From assembly GCA_951406725.2 (NCBI GenBank), contig OX597839.1, positions 19,406,001 to 19,470,000 on the forward strand: a stretch of 64,000 nucleotides of DNA. Reading direction: 5' to 3'. The stretch comes from Octopus vulgaris (lineage: Eukaryota). A program made the position numbers and the translations under genes. Positions 1 through 11,825 of this stretch are shown one piece after another; position 1 is the stretch's first letter; every line of letters starts with the position of its first letter. The notes beneath the pieces are model-generated. The model saw only the letters and a program-made list of their open reading frames with translations. It was not told the DNA's origin and did not search any database.

Positions 1-430
1 GTCAACTTAATGTGGCAGTCCCATAAAAGGGAAGAATGCTACTGTTATTTAACCCTAGGATACACCGTTTCCTATTGGACTTAACACATTTCCTGTGTCC
101 TTATGCTTTCAAAGTGGAGACAGGCACCGCCACCCAGCAAAACCAGCACCCAGAGACTAGTTTCAGAGTCATTGCTCATCATCAGTCCAGAGTAGCATGG
201 CTTGCTAGCTGTCGATACCTATCTGCCTTCGAAAACATATATTTCAAGCGAAATACATTCACTGATATTTGAAAATAGAAATAATATATTTCTAAATATC
301 TCAAAGAGATTTACGCAGTAGCAGCAGGATAAAGTGATAGCATGTTGTCAACTTAATATGACAGTCCCATAAAAGGGAAGAATGCTACTGTTATTTAGCC
401 CAAGGTAACACCGTTTCCTGTGTCCTTATG
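1..430 (-). mobile_element. Penelope/retrozyme-like element, partial tandem (346-bp period) containing a hammerhead motif
   Basis: Bases 1-~70 (gtcaacttaa..cagtcccataaaagggaagaatgctactgttattt..acaccgtttcc) recur at 347-~420. A hammerhead core lies on the minus strand in between. A related fragment occurs at ~21745-21800. Confidence 0.6.
147..193 (-). ncRNA. Type I minimal hammerhead ribozyme motif
   Basis: Minus strand reads ctctgga-CUGAUGA-uGAG caauga CUCu-GAA-ACUAGU-C-ucuggg: intact core, 3-bp stem II, palindromic stem III (ACUAGU), GUC site, G-U-rich stem I. Confidence 0.6.
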
Positions 431-733
431 AAGGGGGTGATAAATGAAATTCACCTGGTTAATTTTACGTCGAGATAAGAACTTTGGAACAAATTGACCA
501 ACGCTTAGAATTCAACTTGGAAATAAAACAACAGAATGATTTGCATTACAGAATTAATTCTATCCACCCTTAACCTCTGATCAAAGAACATCGGAGCATA
601 TACCCATAGACGTATTACAGTCATGCTATTTAGCCGTCTCCAGTTTTGGGCCGCAGGCCCAATTAGGCTTCCGCAGGGGCTCGCTTAAAAGCCATACAGA
701 GTGGGGCTTTTTTACACACACACACACATACAG

Positions 734-772
<39 letters not shown>

Positions 773-775
<3 letters not shown>

Positions 776-1068
776 CCGTCCCCGACCTGGCTATCAGATG
801 TTTCACATCGCTGGTCACAATGCGTTTCGCATTGTTTTTAGCCTTCCAATGACGCCACCACGCTGGCTAAGCGAGCAGGCCAACAGAAGAGTGAGAGAAA
901 GTTGTGGCAAAATAGTACAGCAGGGATCGCCACCACCCCCTGCCAGAGAATCGTGGAGCTTTAGGTGTTTTCGCTCAATAAATACTCACAACGCCCGGTT
1001 TGAGAATCGAAACTGCGATCCTACGACTGCGAGTCCGCTGTCCTAATCACTGGGCCATTTCGCCCCCA
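773..1068 (-). mobile_element. tRNA-derived SINE, family B head (tRNA-Arg-like; octopus OR-type)
   Basis: Reverse complement begins ggggcgaaatggcccagtgattaggacagcggactcgcagtcgtaggatcgcagtttcgattc (A/B box-like). Matches the copy at 6566-6946. Confidence 0.8.
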
Positions 1069-1093
1069 CATGTGTGTGTGTGTGTGTGTGTGT

Positions 1094-1132
<39 letters not shown>

Positions 1133-1167
1133 ACTAGAAGCTGGAAAAACTTCATCTGCAGACTAAC

Positions 1168-3054
1168 ATGAAAACCTCCATTGAAAATCAAAGAGCTGTG
1201 GAGGAACAATGGGTAATCAAAAACATCAAACAGAACCCAAAAGTGTTCTATTCTTATGCAAATAAGCATAGAACCACTGTCTCACCTATTGGGCCATTGA
1301 TTGATGAAAACGGCATTCCCCAACACGATGCTAAAGAAATGGCAGAAATACTGCAGAAACAATATTGCTCTGTCTTCAGTGTTCCCACTGATATTGATGT
1401 GAGGGAAACGAACGAAGCTGACTCCCAACACAAAATCGCAGACATAACCTTCACTGCCACCGACATCGTAGCAGCAATAAATGAGGTCAAACATTACTCC
1501 GCTGTAGGCCCTGATAGATTTCCCGCCAGTCTCCTGAAGGAATGTAGATATCAACTTGCAGTCCCTCTGACCAACCTCTGGAGAAACTCGTTAGACGCAG
1601 GTTATATACCGAAAAAGTTTCTATCCCAGTCGGTCATCCCGGTTTTCAAACAGGGAAACAGATCCCTCGCAGTCAACTATCGCCCAATCTCACTCACCTC
1701 CCACATCATTAAAGTGTTTGAAAGAGTGTTAAGATCAAGGATAGCTGACTTCCTGGAGACCCACAAACTCCTAAATTCAAATCAACATGGCTTTCGCTGT
1801 GGCAGGGACTGTCTAACACAGCTCTTACACCACATTGAAGATGTACTCAAAGCCTTGGGAACAGGTTCGAACTCTGACGTCATATACCTTGACTTCAGTA
1901 AAGCGTTCGACAGGGTAGACCATAACATCCTACTCTCAAAATTGGCAAATGTTGGAATCCGTGGAAAAGTTCTACACTGGATTCAGTATTTCCTAGCGAA
2001 TAGAACACATGTTGTAGTTGATGGAGTCCACTCAAACCCAGCAAAAGTCACCAGCGGTGTTCCCCAGGGAACTGTTTTGGGTCCGCTACTCTTCATAATT
2101 TATGTAAACGACCTTTCCAGTGTCGTACATCACTGCAAAGTGAAAATATTCGCTGATGACACTAAGCTCCAGCAAATCGTCAATGAAGAAGCAGACCGAA
2201 CTCAACTCCAGTCTGACCTATATGCTGTGAGTCAATGGGCAGACAGAAACAAAATGCAACTGAATGAGGGAAAATTTGAGCTGATGCATTTTGGAAGAAA
2301 TTCCTCACTAAAACAACCATACTCTCTTCCTTCAGGGGAACCGCTCACAGCCTCTAACAATATCAGAGACCTGGGTGTAATTGTTGATGACGATCTCAGT
2401 TGGAGTGCACACATCAACAAGAAGGTCGATACAGCTCGTAGGATGAGTTCCTGGATCTTAAGAACTTTCCGGTCCAGAGAACAAGGTGTCATCATACCAC
2501 TTTTTTCATCCTTTGTACGGCCACACCTTGAATACTGCTGCCCACTGTGGTCTCCTCACACAAGACAAAACATCTCCAGAATTGAGTCACCCCAGAGGGC
2601 TCTTACGAAACAAATTGAAGGCATGGCTGCTCTCGACTATTGGGATCGCCTTAAAGCCTTGAAACTTTACTCCCTCCAGCGTCGCCGTGAGCGGTACATC
2701 ATTTGTACGATGTGGAAAATATACCGCCAACTTTGCCCAAACGACCTAAACATTAGCTTCAAGGTTCATCCGAGACTTGGACCACGGGCTATACGTCCCC
2801 TGCCAAATTCAAGATCACAACATACATGTACACTGCAACATAATTTCTTTTCCTCAACAGGCCCTGCCCTATTTAACATTGTCCCGAGGGAGATCAAAGA
2901 GGAAAAGGATCCCATCAACTTCAAACAGAGTCTGGATAGATTCCTTCAAAGAATACCAGACAAGCCACCCATAATTGGATACAACTCACCCAACAAGAAC
3001 TCACTACTTGAACAAAACTGGATACAACTCACCCAACAAGAACTCACTACTTGA
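1168..3054 (+). CDS. LINE reverse transcriptase (ORF2 RT plus C-terminal region, N-terminally truncated)
   Basis: 628-aa uninterrupted ORF with NYRPISLTS, QHGFR, YLDFSKAFDRV, SGVPQGTVLGPLLF, FADD, DLGV and RPHLEYC motifs typical of CR1-group RTs. Confidence 0.93.
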   Translation: MKTSIENQRAVEEQWVIKNIKQNPKVFYSYANKHRTTVSPIGPLIDENGIPQHDAKEMAEILQKQYCSVFSVPTDIDVRETNEADSQHKIADITFTATDIVAAINEVKHYSAVGPDRFPASLLKECRYQLAVPLTNLWRNSLDAGYIPKKFLSQSVIPVFKQGNRSLAVNYRPISLTSHIIKVFERVLRSRIADFLETHKLLNSNQHGFRCGRDCLTQLLHHIEDVLKALGTGSNSDVIYLDFSKAFDRVDHNILLSKLANVGIRGKVLHWIQYFLANRTHVVVDGVHSNPAKVTSGVPQGTVLGPLLFIIYVNDLSSVVHHCKVKIFADDTKLQQIVNEEADRTQLQSDLYAVSQWADRNKMQLNEGKFELMHFGRNSSLKQPYSLPSGEPLTASNNIRDLGVIVDDDLSWSAHINKKVDTARRMSSWILRTFRSREQGVIIPLFSSFVRPHLEYCCPLWSPHTRQNISRIESPQRALTKQIEGMAALDYWDRLKALKLYSLQRRRERYIICTMWKIYRQLCPNDLNISFKVHPRLGPRAIRPLPNSRSQHTCTLQHNFFSSTGPALFNIVPREIKEEKDPINFKQSLDRFLQRIPDKPPIIGYNSPNKNSLLEQNWIQLTQQELTT

Positions 3055-3061
3055 ACAAAAC
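2976..3061 (+). repeat. Perfect 43-bp tandem duplication spanning the LINE stop codon
   Basis: tggatacaactcacccaacaagaactcactacttgaacaaaac at 2976-3018 and 3019-3061. Confidence 0.9.
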
Positions 3062-3171
3062 TTGACTTAAACAGGATTCGAATAATCCTATCAGGTGGTG
3101 CTATTAAGTTAGACATGGCCTGGACCAATCTCTGGTCGAAACATATCTAAGTTTTATCTAAGTTTTATATA

Positions 3172-3417
3172 TAGTCCCGAAAATTTAACAGACACTCAAC
3201 GAAAGGAAAATTCAAATAAAAGACGTAGCTAATTCATCATCAGCCATCGTCCAAAAGATCATGACAATTTCGCGCCTTTGACTTCTGTTAGTCAAATCGC
3301 ATAACTGAACATTAAAAGCAGCAAGGGGACGTACTCATGAAATGTGTTAGTTTTACGCCGGTAGATGTGGGAAAAAGTGAGGGTTTTGACGTTTCGAACA
3401 TAACTTTTTATCAGAAG

Positions 3418-3420
<3 letters not shown>
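3172..3420 (-). mobile_element. Decayed Penelope-like small element with degenerate hammerhead
   Basis: gggttttgacgtttcgaacataactttttatcagaa (~3381-3416) aligns with the hammerhead of the 20255/28868 family; the core is mutated to CUGAUAA. Confidence 0.45.
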
Positions 3421-3489
<69 letters not shown>

Positions 3490-3708
3490 TGAGAGAGAGT
3501 GGGGGGGTAATATGAAGTATTTATTTATTAGAAGAGATTGATGTTCATTTCGCTGGTACTCTTGCCTTGTGCTGGCAAATTTTGAGTAGCAAAGGAGTGA
3601 ATCATCAGTTATTTATTAATGCGTACATGCATACACCCAGACATACATGCACTCACGTACAAACACAGAGATGTATGCATGCGTATACATGCGTGCTCGC
3701 TCGCACAC

Positions 3709-3749
<41 letters not shown>

Positions 3750-3758
3750 CACACACGC

Positions 3759-3802
<44 letters not shown>

Positions 3803-4199
3803 TACACACATAAACAAGCATTTGTATATATACAAATCTAAGTTGACATTTTCATTGTTTCTCTGTGATAAACACACAGACATAAACATCCATTTACACA
3901 CACACACACTTATCTCCATTCACACACATACATGGGCACAACACAGTCTCTCTCCTTTCTCCCCCCCCTCTCTCTCTCTCGAACAATAACATACTCCACC
4001 CTCTTACATACAAACGAATTTCTAAGCATTAATACGTGTACATACGCCAGTTACCCTGGGTGGGCGGCTCTGTTTGTAAAAGACGGGTGCGCCATAAATT
4101 TACTTGAATATGCACGTCATTTCTGCCCTATGTCCGTCTGTCTGTCTCTCACTATCTCTCACGCGCACGCACACACACACACACACACATACACACACA

Positions 4200-4410
4200 C
4201 AGCCATGGCTTAATGGTTAGAGTATTCGGCTCGCGATCGTAAGTTCGTGCGTTCGATACCTGGTTACGCGTTGTGTCCTTGAACAAGACACTTTATTTCA
4301 CATTGCTGCAATCCATTCAACTGGCAAAGATTAGCAGCATCTGTATTTCAAAGGATTAGCCTTGTCACATTCTGAGTCACGCTGAATCTCTCTGAGGACT
4401 ATGCCAGTTT
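4200..4410 (+). mobile_element. tRNA-derived SINE, family B variant (partial)
   Basis: tggcttaatggttagagtattcggctcgcgatc head, then ctgtatttcaaagg..gccttgtcac..cacgctgaat body shared with family B. Confidence 0.65.
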
Positions 4411-4412
4411 TA

Positions 4413-4498
<86 letters not shown>

Positions 4499-4501
<3 letters not shown>

Positions 4502-4818
4502 CGCAAGTGTGGCTGTGTGGTACAAAGCTTGCTTCCCAACCACATGGTCCCGGGTTAAGTCGCTCTGCGTGGCACCCTCAACAAGTGTCATGTATTACAG
4601 CCTCAAGCCGACCAAAGTGGATGTGGTAGTTGAAACCTGAAAGAAGTTGACAACCTATGTTGGTGTGTTTACATCCCCGTAGCTTTAGGGTTCGGCAAAA
4701 AGAGATCGTTAGAATGAGTACTAAGCTTACAAAGAATAAGTCCTGGGGTCGATTTGTTCGACTAAGGGCGGTGTCCACGCATGGCCGCAGTCAAATGACT
4801 GAAACAAGTAAAAGAATA
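4499..4818 (+). mobile_element. tRNA-derived SINE, family A (internally deleted)
   Basis: ggcgcaagtgtggctgtgtggt head and ..catggccgcagtcaaatgactgaaacaagtaaaaga 3' end. Confidence 0.8.
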
Positions 4819-5466
4819 GAGAAATACAAAAAGAATATAATTCCTAGCGTATGATAGAAGGCCCTTGCTCTATGCACCACACCGTGGGAATGAACCTGAA
4901 ACATCGTGGCTGGAAAGCGAGATTCTAAACATACAGTGATGCGTGCTCTGAAAAGATTTCGTCAAAGAAATGTTTTATTGAAGATGGTGGGTGTGATATT
5001 TGTTTACTGCCAACTGGAATTCACGCTGCAGAGAATGATTACAAGCAGCAAGGCTACACATGACGTCGACGACAACAGCTACAACAACAACGATAGCTAA
5101 GAAAAACAAAACAAACAGAAGAAAAACAATATACAACAATAGATACCGAATTGTAGTTGTTGTTATAAATGAAACAGGAACTATAAATTGCTATGTTTAT
5201 CTCGTCGTTAGGAATTCAAGGAGGATACATGTGAGCGCTTTAAACACCGTAACAAAAGATCTCTTTGTGTGCTTTACTGAATAGAAGGAAAATATACCAG
5301 GATAAATTTCGACGTGAAGTAAATTATTTCACAAAGCGATTGCACCCCAACTAGCAACATTCATACAATGCTAAATCGGTACATTAATTAATTTATGTAA
5401 ATTTTACTGAAAGTAAGCAATAATTTAAGTTTACAATGTCTAGAAAATTTCAATAAATCACAATTT

Positions 5467-5503
<37 letters not shown>

Positions 5504-5551
5504 CTTTTTGAAATGTGGTTTTCTAATTCGTCATATACATATATACTTACA

Positions 5552-5590
<39 letters not shown>

Positions 5591-5869
5591 CTGTATGAGC
5601 TTGTTCTCCACTACTGCTTGACAACCGGTATTGTAAAGCAGTGCCCAATAGAATAAGTAACAGGTTTAAAATGTATAAGTACTGGGGTCGATTTATTCAA
5701 CTAAAAATTCTTCAAGGTAGTGCCCCAGCATGGCCGGGGTCAAAGGACTGGAAACAGTAACAGATAAAGACAGAAAAAAGATTACGTTCCAGGAGATTCG
5801 AACACGAATATGCTAACTGCTGACGGGGCCATTACAGGACACATTTGTATATGACATCTATCTTACGAG

Positions 5870-6560
5870 TGTGATTGAAACACCCTAACCACTAGGCCAC
5901 GTGCCTTCACAATCATTCAAACTCCGAAGTATTACTATCTCAAGGCCTGGGACCCATAGGGTCCTGTGCCTAGTTTCTATAATGTATAAGCGATCGAGAT
6001 TACGTTACCCTTGGAGGAGACGCCAGTCCATCGCAGGGTAAGCCATTTACAACTAAGTGGCCTGAAGTAACATGAAATGAAGTGTTTTTGCTCAACAACA
6101 CAATGCACTACCCACTCTGGGAATCGAAACCACTCTCTCATGAATGATATGCTAGTCCATTGCAGGGTGAAATTCCCAGCTATTGACGGTGGAGCTCATT
6201 TACAGCTGACTGGTCTGATGCAATATGAAATGAAGTGTTTCGGTTATGATCGAAACACACCACTGCCTGATTTGGGAATCGAAACCATTGCCCCATGAAT
6301 GGGATGACAGGCTGTTGTAGGGTTACCTTCCCAGGTATTAATGAAGCTCATTTACAGCTGAGTGGAGCAACATAAAATAAAGTGTTTTGCTCAAGATCCC
6401 AACGCCCCACTGCCTGATCTGGAAATCGAAACCGCTCCTTCGTGAATGATATGCTGGTCCATTGCAGCGTTAACTTGCCAGTTATCACTGGTGAAACTCA
6501 TTTACAGCCGCGTAGACTGGAGCAATGTGAAACGAAGTGTTTTCGTCAGGAATACATCGC
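5870..6560 (-). repeat. Array of decayed SINE-head-derived units (~120 bp)
   Basis: Recurring gctcatttacagctga..tggagcaa..tgaaatgaagtgtttt..gggaatcgaaacc blocks, about four to five times. Confidence 0.55.
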
Positions 6561-6565
6561 AACAG

Positions 6566-6946
6566 TGGAGGCGCAATGGCCCAGTGGTTAGGGCAGCGGA
6601 CTCGCGGTCATAGGATCGCGGTTTCGATACCCAGATCGGGCGTTGTGAGTGTTTATTGAGCGAAAATACCGAAAAGCTCCACGATGCTCCGGCAGGGGAT
6701 GGTGGTGATCCCTGCTCTACTCTTTCACCACAACTTTCTCTCACTCTTCCTGTTTCTGTTGTACCTGTATCTCAATGGGCCGGCCTTGTCACTCTCTGTG
6801 TCACGCTGAATATCCCCGAGAACTACGTTAAAGGTACACGTGTCTGTGGAGTGCTCAGCCACTTACACGTTAATTTCACAAGCAGGCTGTTCCGTTGATT
6901 CGGATCAACCGGAACCCTCGTCGTCGTAACCGACGGAGTGCTTCCA
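6566..6946 (+). mobile_element. Full-length tRNA-derived SINE, family B
   Basis: ggaggcgcaatggcccagtggttagggcagcggactcgcggtc..ggtttcgataccc head; ends ..cgtcgtcgtaaccgacggagtgcttcc. Further minus-strand copies at 39363-39683, 46389-46787, 54901-55022 and 58655-58855. Confidence 0.88.
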
Positions 6947-7149
6947 AAAAGACATCGCAACAGCCGATCGCGGAATCGAAACCATGATCTTTCGATGGTG
7001 AGTGCCACGCCCTGACCATTAAGACCCGCGCCTGAACCGTCGACACCACCACAAATATGACCACCACCACTCCGCATCTCCCGCCACCACAACGCTACTG
7101 GAATCAACAACACTAACATCACAATGGCATTCAACAGGAATATTGCTCT

Positions 7150-7620
7150 CGTCATCGTCGGCGTCCACCTCTTTCTTCACTTCCCCTACCACGTCATTCT
7201 CCTCCTCCTTCTTCCTCCTACTCCTCTACCTCACCTGCTGCTCTTCCTTCTCCCTTACATCCTCCTAATCTTCTTCCCTTCCTCTTTATCTTCTTACCCT
7301 TCTTTCACCTCCTCCTTCTCCACCTCCTCCTTATCTGTCAACTCCTTCTGTCCTTCCCGGTCCTCCACCACCTCTTTATCTTTCTCCACCTCCTGCTTAT
7401 CTTCCTCTCATCTTCCTCCTCCTCCTCCACCCCTTCTACCTCTTCCTCTACCTCTTCCCCACGTTCCACCCCTTCTTTTCCTCCTACTTCACCTCTTCCT
7501 TCCGCTCCTCCTCCTTCTCCACCTCCTCCTTATCCTCCTCATTCACTTTCCTCCCCTCCTCCTCCTCTGCCTCATCATCACCAAAATCCTCCCCCTCATA
7601 CCATCCTCATTATTCCTTCA
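7150..7620. repeat. CCT/CTT-rich low-complexity tract
   Basis: Degenerate (CCT)n pyrimidine-rich sequence. Confidence 0.8.
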
Positions 7621-7708
7621 CAATACAAACGCCTAACCGTACCAAAGCCAGACGCCGTTATACTTTTTTTCTTAACCAGGTGCCTACCATCACGCCTACA
7701 CTATACAC

Positions 7709-7740
<32 letters not shown>

Positions 7741-8013
7741 AGACACATACATACACATACACAGACATACGTACATCTCTCCTACCTCTCCTACCAGAGA
7801 AAAAAAAATCTCCTAAACTCCCACCCAAGTGCAAACATGTCAAAAGTCACCTCCTTGAGTTTTACTTCGCTTCTTTTATTTTTTTCTCCTTTTAATGTAC
7901 TTCTTCACCTAATTTTGCTAACCCGTTTTGCTCCTGTTAAACCACATGGGCAAACTTGATCAAGCACATACATCCACACACACCACATTCACAAGCATAT
8001 GTGTACGTGCGCT

Positions 8014-8472
<459 letters not shown>

Positions 8473-8629
8473 AGAGAGAGAGATTTGTATACTATGAGGA
8501 ACTCGCTCTTCAGTCTGACAAAGAAAACCCTCGTTTTACAAACTCACACGTGCCGAACAATACACATCTACGAACGTATACAAACACATGCAATGCATAT
8601 GTGCAAACGCATATATACCAACACACGCG

Positions 8630-8693
<64 letters not shown>

Positions 8694-8699
8694 CATTCT

Positions 8700-9275
8700 C
8701 TTATTCTTTTACTTGTTTCAGTCATTTGACTGCGGCCATGCTCGGGCACCACCTTGAAGGGTTTTAGTCGAGCAAATCGACCCCAGGACTTATTCTGTGT
8801 AAACCTAGTACTTATTCTACCGGCTCTCTTTTGCCGAACCGCGAAGTTACGGGGACATAGACATACGAGCATCGGTAGTCAAGTGACGGCACACACACAC
8901 ATACACTTGTTTTTTGGTTTTTTCCGTTTCTACGTCTTATTGTGATGTCCTGTACTCACGTATATGCATGTATATATACATGTAGATGTAAGTACGTACA
9001 TATATGTTTGTATGTATGCATATATTTTTTATTTATCACCTATATATATATATATATATATATATGCTCCTAGCTTAGTTTTTCTAATGCTCGTTGCTTA
9101 GTTTTTCCTGGAGGGCTGGCCGGTTCTAGTAATCTCAAGATTAATCAGCCGAAATTACTACGATGATCCGGTTCTTGACTGAAGACTGAGGGCTTCGAAT
9201 GTCCTGTCTGTGTTTGTTGTATCGTCTTCTAAGTTTTTATGCGTTCTTGTCTCAGTTTGTATTTTTCTACATATC

Positions 9276-9328
<53 letters not shown>

Positions 9329-9497
9329 CGGGTAACGGGTTTCTTTCAGTTTCCATCTGCCAAATCCACTCACAAGGCTCTGGTCGGCGCGAGGCTGTAG
9401 TAGAAAATACTTGCCCAACGTGTCATGCTGCAGGAATGAACCCGAAAACATGTGGTTGAGAAGCAAGCTTCTTACCACACAGCCATCCCTACGCCTA
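8700..9497 (-). mobile_element. Family A SINE split by insertions in its internal microsatellite
   Basis: 3' half at ~8700-8890 and 5' half at ~9330-9497, with unrelated sequence at ~8905-9275 between TA tracts. Confidence 0.75.
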
Positions 9498-9504
9498 TTA
9501 TATA

Positions 9505-9571
<67 letters not shown>

Positions 9572-9574
<3 letters not shown>

Positions 9575-9763
9575 GGTCCCGGGTTGAGTCGGGGTTAACC
9601 ACAGTAAATAAGGTACTCAATACATAGCAGAGTAAATTAATTTATTTTATAGAAGGAGCTTCTACAGGACTAGAACTGTTTCATTCAAAAGAAATCATCA
9701 GGAAGCTCAGGAGCTTTTGAATGAAACAGTTCTAGTCCTGTAGAAGCTCCTTCTATAAAATAA

Positions 9764-9768
<5 letters not shown>
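9572..9768. mobile_element. Small Penelope-like insert in (TA)n with a perfect 52-bp inverted repeat and a hammerhead-like core
   Basis: Arms at 9640-9691 and 9714-9765 with a 22-nt spacer. The minus strand has CUGAUGA-uuucuuuugaau-GAAAC-A-GUU. Confidence 0.65.
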
Positions 9769-9799
<31 letters not shown>

Positions 9800-10064
9800 G
9801 TGTGTTTGTGTGTGTGTGTGTGTTTGTGTAAACATACACACCCACCCACAAATATATCTAAAGTCAGCGAGAGGGAGACGGAGACGGAAAAAAGATGGAG
9901 AAATACAGGCCTATGAGATACCGTACAACACAAAGTCTTCATTCATGAAAGCCATATTCACGTTAGGATTATAATAAGAGCCAAAGAATTCCATAGGTAA
10001 CAGAAATGGTTAAGAAACACTGGTCTGAAGATAAAAGGAGAGTCGTACTCTCTTTTCTCTCTTT

Positions 10065-10457
10065 TCTCTTTTTACTTGTTTCAGTCATTTGACTCCGGCC
10101 ATGCTGGAGCACCGCCTTTAGTCGAGCAAATCGACCCCGGGACTTATTCTTTGTAAGCCCAGTACTTATTCTATCGGTCTCTTTTGCCGAACCGCTAAGT
10201 GACGGGGAGGTAAACACACCAGCATCGGTTGTCAAGCATTGCTAGGGGAACAAACACAGGGGAACACACACTTATATATATATACATATATACGACAGGC
10301 TTCTTTCAGTTTCCGTCTACCAAATCCACTCACAAGGCATTGGTCAGCCCGGGGCTATAGCAGAAGACACTTGCCCAAGATGCCACGCAGTGGGACTGAA
10401 CCCGGAACCATGTGGTTGGTTAGCAAGCTACTTACCAAACAGCCACTCCTGCGCCTA
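10065..10457 (-). mobile_element. Full-length tRNA-derived SINE, family A (CORE-like TTGGGCAAGT segment, internal CA/TA microsatellite)
   Basis: Reverse complement starts ggcgcaggagtggctgtttggtaagtagcttgct..ggttcagtccc and ends gactgaaacaagtaaaagag. Confidence 0.88.
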
Positions 10458-10848
10458 TACGTGGATACGTGTTTCTAGCACTTTAGCGGGCATCAGCACC
10501 ACAGCTGTCAGACCTTATTCCCAGCAGCAAACAGACTTAGATTGGTATAAAATAAAGTAGAATACAAAGTTAATTTGCATAATTTAAGCAAAAAAAGAAA
10601 AGGGAAATAACTCACAGTAGCCGGTTGAACTACAGAGACAGACACAAGTTCAATGCATAACAAATCGCAAGAGGTTTCGCTGCCAGGCCAAGCCAGAGCA
10701 TTTATGGAAATGTTCATGTATTATGTATTGGAAGCTGTCCAGACGATCTAACACCAATACACAAGGAAACAGGAGCCCTTCACTATACGCTACACTTGTA
10801 TTGTGTTCTGTAATTTATCGCATCTGGCGAATCAACAGAATTATATTT

Positions 10849-10907
<59 letters not shown>

Positions 10908-11769
10908 CTGTGCCTGTCAGTCCGTCTAGCTATCTGTCTGTTTGTCTGTCTGTCTGTCTATCAATCCATCCGTCTGTCTGTTTGTCCATCTATCTATCCA
11001 TCCATCTGTCTCTGTCTGTCCGTCCATGCACCTAACTATCTATCTGTCTATCTATATATCCGTCTTTCTGTCTACCCATCCATCTGTCTGTCGTTTTGTC
11101 CGTCGGTCTATCTTTCTATATCCATCTATCCGTCCGTCTGTTGGTCTGTCTCTTCATCCATCCATCCATCCATTCATCCGTCCGTCTTTCTATCCTATCT
11201 TTTTCTGTCTGTCTGTCTGTCTCCCTCTCCCCCCGCTCTCTCTCTCAATCATATTGTGCTTCATACACCATTTCCCTGTGCCATTTTCCCTTGCATTACA
11301 ATGCTTTGCAAGAAACAAAAAATACATCAGCAACACTTATGAAGTTCGATCTATATATAAATTCTTTGTGCACTTTCCCCAGACACCAAACAATATGAAC
11401 GAAATAGGATTCTGGTGCTTAACCACGCCCTTATCTTATATCCCTGTTTACTACCGCGGTTTCCTCATGTTGTTTATTTATCTTCCCCATCTTTACCCAC
11501 ACATCTGATATCAAACCTTTTTTTAAAAAAAAAATTTTTAAATTGATTGTGATATATTCTTAGCTTCCATCTAAGTATTGCGATTCGGGGACATTTACAG
11601 CCGGTTTTAACTATTTAATTAAAAACCTACTTTATTCGGCTTCATTTAGTATATATACACACATATACACACACAAACAAACACACGTATGTATGTATGT
11701 GTTTGTGTGCATATATACATGTATTTTATATATATATATATATATATATGCATTCATACAGACACACAC

Positions 11770-11825
<56 letters not shown>

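Larger units (their letters stand above)
1131..3166 (+). mobile_element. 5'-truncated non-LTR retrotransposon (CR1/L2/Jockey group LINE) inserted in a (TA)n tract
   Basis: RT ORF followed by a 3' stem-loop and a repeated ATCTAAGTTTT tail. Flanked by TA repeats. The endonuclease domain is absent. A matching 3' end occurs at 13861-13931. Confidence 0.9.

Noticed and set aside
3105-3150. Hairpin followed by GAAAC in the LINE 3' UTR, superficially hammerhead-like
   Set aside because: There is no CUGANGA box; it is better explained as the LINE 3' recognition stem-loop.
6566-6640. tRNA-Arg-like sequence
   Set aside because: It is the head of a multi-copy SINE that continues into a SINE body, and the acceptor stem is not intact.
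9170-9210. CTGAAGA..ttcGAAtgtc hammerhead-like string
   Set aside because: GAAA is incomplete and stem pairing is weak; it cannot be supported without a family consensus.
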